DNA of 16,546 bases, from the IMG/VR virus record IMGVR_UViG_3300033692_000041; one strand, given 5' to 3'. The notes under the pieces are model-generated. The model saw nothing but the letters and a program-made list of their open reading frames with translations. It was not told the origin of the DNA and did not search any database. The stretch is from a virus. Of the stretch, positions 13,684 through 16,546 are shown piece by piece (position 1 is the stretch's first letter; each line of letters starts with the position of its first letter). Position numbers and translations under genes: made by a program.

Positions 13684-13854
13684 ATGCTATTAATTCAATT
13701 CGCTGATCTGGAAGGAATGCAGGCTTATTATACTAATTTAGGGCAGGAAAGATTGACATTAGACAATAGTTTAACACCCGTGGAAGCACTGGCATTAGTC
13801 CGTAAAATAGAAAAAGACAGACCAACTCATAGTCAGCCTGTCTGCTGTGCTTAA
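13684..13854 (+). CDS. Small hypothetical protein (56 aa)
   Basis: AAAGGAGAG lies before the ATG at 13684. Product is MLLIQFADLEGMQAYYTNLGQERLTLDNSLTPVEALALVRKIEKDRPTHSQPVCCA. Confidence 0.5.
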   Translation: MLLIQFADLEGMQAYYTNLGQERLTLDNSLTPVEALALVRKIEKDRPTHSQPVCCA

Positions 13855-13948
13855 TACTGCAATTGTGATAAATTCACAACTCTTGGCCGAGTTTTGTGCA
13901 GTAAAAGCGACGATTTAAAACATCTTTTAAATATTATATCACGAATTC

Positions 13949-13982
13949 AGCTCCAGTGTAAAAGCTGGGGCTTTTTGTTTTG
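13949..13982 (+). terminator. Rho-independent terminator ending the small-protein operon
   Basis: AGCTCCAG (13949-13956) pairs with CTGGGGCT (13965-13972), with one G-U pair. TTTTTGTTTTG follows. Confidence 0.65.
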
Positions 13983-13997
13983 CTGCAAAAAAAGTAT

Positions 13998-14053
13998 TTG
14001 ATGTAATTTTATATTTATAGTATCATCAGGTTAATATTTGACATTCAGGTTAA
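13998..14053 (+). promoter_or_regulatory. Promoter TTGATG - 17 nt - TATCAT followed by two TCAGGTTAA repeats
   Basis: TTGATG at 13998-14003 and TATCAT at 14021-14026. The exact 9-mer TCAGGTTAA occurs at 14026-14034 and 14045-14053, in the region from +1 to about +30. Confidence 0.45.
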
Positions 14054-14092
14054 AACCTCCGACATTACAACTATCTTAAGGAGGTGAACCCT

Positions 14093-14353
14093 TTGAATAT
14101 TAAACAAATAAAAAACTTTTTACGCTGCAGGAAAGAAAAACTTCGAAGAAATAAGCAAAATTTTAAAGATGCAGTTGATCTATTTGAAATCAATATCGCT
14201 ATTTTAGAAATAGAGAAATTATTATATTATATGGACCACGGAATTAAACCAGAGATTGCCGAAGATGCCAGGGAGAAAGAGATTATAGGCCAGTTTATTA
14301 AGAGAGATGAAAAGTCAATTGCTAAGATTGAGCAGAAAAATGATAGCAGGTAA
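14093..14353 (+). CDS. Hypothetical protein (86 aa), monocistronic unit
   Basis: AAGGAGG lies 8 nt before the TTG at 14093. The track GTG at 14084 is inside the SD. The gene has its own promoter-like site and terminator. Confidence 0.65.
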   Translation: MNIKQIKNFLRCRKEKLRRNKQNFKDAVDLFEINIAILEIEKLLYYMDHGIKPEIAEDAREKEIIGQFIKRDEKSIAKIEQKNDSR

Positions 14354-14365
14354 ATAAAAAAAACA

Positions 14366-14400
14366 CCCCAGCAGGACACTAAGTCTGTTGGGGCTTTTGT
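14366..14400 (+). terminator. Rho-independent terminator
   Basis: CCCCAGCAGGAC / GTCTGTTGGGG forms an imperfect stem between 14366 and 14393, followed by CTTTTGTATTG and preceded by an A-run. Confidence 0.6.
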
Positions 14401-14525
14401 ATTGCATTAATTATGTGAATATTATATACTTATCAGCAGAAAGTAAAAAAATTACATATAAAAAGACGAAAGACAGCTCCATCTCTCTACCCTTCCACAA
14501 GTTGAGATAAAAGCTGCCTCTTTCA

Positions 14526-14659
14526 CTTCTAACATTCCACCACCAAGCCGATTGTTAGAAGCATAAAAAATATAAATTTGTTAGCTAATGTTTTTCTTAG
14601 CAACATTCTGTATTCTTATATTATCACAACAAGTGATAGATGTTCAATGTTTTTGAACA
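14526..14659 (+). other. Cluster of four hairpins upstream of the prim-pol gene
   Basis: Four hairpins: CTTCTAACA/TGTTAGAAG (14526-14561), TGTT(A)GCTAA/TTAGCAACA (14579-14605), ATCAC/GTGAT (14623-14637), and TGTTCAA/TTGAACA (14641-14659). Confidence 0.5.
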
Positions 14660-14756
14660 AATTTCACTAAAAAGTTTACAGAAAGTGCACTCAAAGTTAC
14701 AAAATGTGCGATTGAATCAACAAATTTATTGAAAAGGTGAATACTAATAAATAATC

Positions 14757-14794
14757 AGGCTTGGGAGGGGTCAAAACTCTTTCAAGCCTTTTTT
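14757..14794 (+). terminator. Terminator or attenuator about 75 nt upstream of the prim-pol start
   Basis: AGGCTTG (14757-14763) pairs with CAAGCCT (14783-14789), then TTTTT. Confidence 0.55.
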
Positions 14795-14812
14795 AAATTT
14801 AGACAAAAAAAG

Positions 14813-14835
14813 ACTCTCAGTAAAGGCCTGAGAGT
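14813..14835 (+). promoter_or_regulatory. Leader hairpin just upstream of the prim-pol SD
   Basis: ACTCTCAG (14813-14820) pairs with CTGAGAGT (14828-14835) around a 7-nt loop. The SD AAAGGAGA follows at about 14850. Confidence 0.45.
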
Positions 14836-14868
14836 TAATCCCCTAAAAGAAAGGAGATTCAATACAGT

Positions 14869-16149
14869 ATGTTTATTATATCAGACAAAAAGAAGAGTAT
14901 CAATGAACATAAAAAAATAGCAGCTTATCAAATGTCAGCAGCGGGTTTTAATCTTTTACCACTAAAAGAAGCTGACAAAGTGCCAGAGTTTAGTTTACTT
15001 CTAGGAAATAGCACAAAGCCGTATTTAGAAAATAAAGCCAGTGCTAACATAGTAAAAAGCTGGTTTGACAGTATGCCAAAAATTAATTTTGGAGTTTTTG
15101 CTGGAACAAAAGTTAATGATCATTATGTTTTAATTATAATCGACTTAGACAAAAGGCCAGATTTTGGGTTGCCAATTACACCAATTGTTAAAACTAGCAG
15201 AGGTTATCACTTATATTTTAAGTGCAGAGCTGACAAGCTACCAGTTCCACACAGGACGGCCAGAGGCGAGATTAAAACTGCTGGCTATGTTGTAGCACCT
15301 CCAAGCCTACACCCTTCAGGAATTAACTATCAGTGGGCTGAATATTTAAGTTTTAAAGATGTGCCACTTGCTGATTTTAGCAATAGGAGAGAACAAATTA
15401 TAAACTTTTTAGACCCAAATTTTACTCCTTCTGAATCCTTTAATAAGATAGCCAATAAAAAAGACTACACTAGAATTAATATTAATACTAGTGTAGTACC
15501 CTCAGAACTAAAAAAAGAGGACTTAGAAATTAAGGTAAAAAAGGGCATTAATAAAAAGTTGTTGATCAGGTTAAGCAAAGATGAAAAAGTTTGTCTGGAA
15601 GTAATGAGAAACTTGTTTGATGTGAAGGTTAAGAGAATCGGGCAGGCCTTTAAATGTCCTTTACATAGTGAAAAAAAGCCGTCTGCTGCACTTTATCAGA
15701 CTGACGACGGTGTCATTGGGTTCAAAGACTTCCACAGAGCAGGCAGTTTTTACACATTGCCAGAGGTTTATTATCAAGCCAGGACTGGGAAACAGCGGGA
15801 TTTAAAAGGAGCGACAAGTTTAATTTGGTGGATCAGAATGTTAAAAGATTCAGGAATAATTGAACTGCCAAAGATTATGCCACCAAAAGAAATTAATCAG
15901 CTGCCAGAGAAGCAGAAAGAGCTTTTAAGCAGCTTTATCGAATTACTGGAAGTTAGACAAGCATATAACACTGAACAGGACTCAGCACCATTTAGCCACA
16001 GGTTTGCAGCAGATTGGAGCGGCCTCAAATATGATACTGTTAGATATTCAAAGACAGCTTTAATCAAAAAAGGAGTTATTAAAAAAGTTGAAGCAGGCGA
16101 CAAAGAAAAAAGAAAAGCAGGAAAGTTTTCTTTAAAAAATAAACAGTAA
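14869..16149 (+). CDS. Prim-pol (bifunctional DNA primase/polymerase N-terminal domain) replication protein
   Basis: LIIIDLDK (DxD), TSRGYHLYF (sGyH motif), and GYVVAPPSLHPSGINYQW are hallmark prim-pol motifs. The C-terminal half contains FKCPLHSEKKPSAALY, which resembles the first half of a DnaG CHC2 zinc finger (CPFHxEKTPSF) without the second Cys pair. Confidence 0.85.
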   Translation: MFIISDKKKSINEHKKIAAYQMSAAGFNLLPLKEADKVPEFSLLLGNSTKPYLENKASANIVKSWFDSMPKINFGVFAGTKVNDHYVLIIIDLDKRPDFGLPITPIVKTSRGYHLYFKCRADKLPVPHRTARGEIKTAGYVVAPPSLHPSGINYQWAEYLSFKDVPLADFSNRREQIINFLDPNFTPSESFNKIANKKDYTRININTSVVPSELKKEDLEIKVKKGINKKLLIRLSKDEKVCLEVMRNLFDVKVKRIGQAFKCPLHSEKKPSAALYQTDDGVIGFKDFHRAGSFYTLPEVYYQARTGKQRDLKGATSLIWWIRMLKDSGIIELPKIMPPKEINQLPEKQKELLSSFIELLEVRQAYNTEQDSAPFSHRFAADWSGLKYDTVRYSKTALIKKGVIKKVEAGDKEKRKAGKFSLKNKQ

Positions 16150-16215
16150 ATTGCAGGGCGTTAATTGCCTTTCTGACGGGGAAAACTTAATTATTAAACG
16201 AGCTTTTTCAATACA

Positions 16216-16237
16216 ATATATAAAAGGTTTATATATG
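16216..16237. repeat. Perfect 9-bp inverted repeat and first copy of a 17-mer
   Basis: ATATATAAA-AGG-TTTATATAT spans 16216-16236. TAAAAGGTTTATATATG (16221-16237) recurs exactly at 16468-16484, which is 21-37 at the window start. Confidence 0.8.
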
Positions 16238-16326
16238 GGCTTTCTCTTTTAATGACTGTTATTAGTTAGAAATATTAAGTAAATTAGCAGAGAAAAAAGA
16301 CGATCCAACACTTATATTTTTAAAGT

Positions 16327-16460
16327 TAGATAGAAAAAATTAGGCCTGCCCTGACGGGTAGGTCTTTAGTTATAAGTGCATATTTGACACATGTAGATAG
16401 AAAAATTTAAGACTGCTATGACGGGGCTCCCCTGGGCTATAAGCGTAAATCTGACACATA
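16327..16460. repeat. Two tandem 67-bp imperfect repeats (iteron-like), putative origin
   Basis: 16327-16393 and 16394-16460 match at 48 of 67 positions in my ungapped hand alignment. The shared blocks are TAGATAGAAAAA, TGACGGG, CTATAAG/TTATAAG and TGACACAT. A related CTGACGGGG occurs at 16183-16191. Confidence 0.75.
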
Positions 16461-16546
16461 AAGACTTTAAAAGGTTTATATATGAATATAGAACTTAAAG
16501 AATTAAAGGTATTAGGGAATAAATAAAGTGAGTTGGTGAGAGGTTA
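16448..16546. repeat. Terminal overlap copy 2, identical to 1-99
   Basis: See the feature at 1-99. Confidence 0.9.

Noticed and set aside
15897-16103. Minus-strand 68-aa ORF
   Set aside because: It is a shadow frame inside the prim-pol gene.
16327-16460. CRISPR array
   Set aside because: There are only two adjacent 67-bp units at about 72 percent identity with no intervening spacers. This is an iteron-like tandem repeat, not a repeat-spacer array.

Overview
Bases 1-99 are identical to 16448-16546, so the window is one full turn, with a unit of about 16,447 bp, of a small AT-rich Firmicutes-style element. This could reflect a circular molecule or assembly overlap, or less likely a 99-bp direct terminal repeat. 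All confident genes but one lie on the + strand, and Shine-Dalgarno sites of the GGAGGTGAT type are common.

Gene order:
- a catalytically degenerate RNase H-like protein;
- a small hydrophobic-peptide cassette flanked by terminators;
- a divergent switch pairing a 367-aa protein with a CGNR-type zinc-finger-like C-terminus against a small Xre HTH;
- a phage-type replication module (replisome organizer, DnaB-family helicase, ERCC4-type nuclease);
- a 425-bp repeat-rich spacer;
- a chaperone-sized ORF plus an 839-aa tape-measure-like protein with a strong terminator;
- two overlapping ArpU/RinA-like late-regulator ORFs;
- two MerR/excisionase-type HTH proteins;
- an operon of small, mostly acidic proteins;
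- a monocistronic 86-aa gene;
- a prim-pol replicase followed by a repeat-rich putative origin spanning the junction.

I found no capsid, portal, terminase large subunit, tail tube, lysis, integrase or partition genes in the six-frame track. By my rough tally of gaps, about a quarter of the element is non-coding and dense in repeats, hairpins and promoter-like sites. The most interesting reading is a capsid-less phage-derived plasmid or satellite-like replicon that keeps an orphan tape-measure gene, late activators and two replication systems. All product calls rest on motif recognition by eye. No database search was run.
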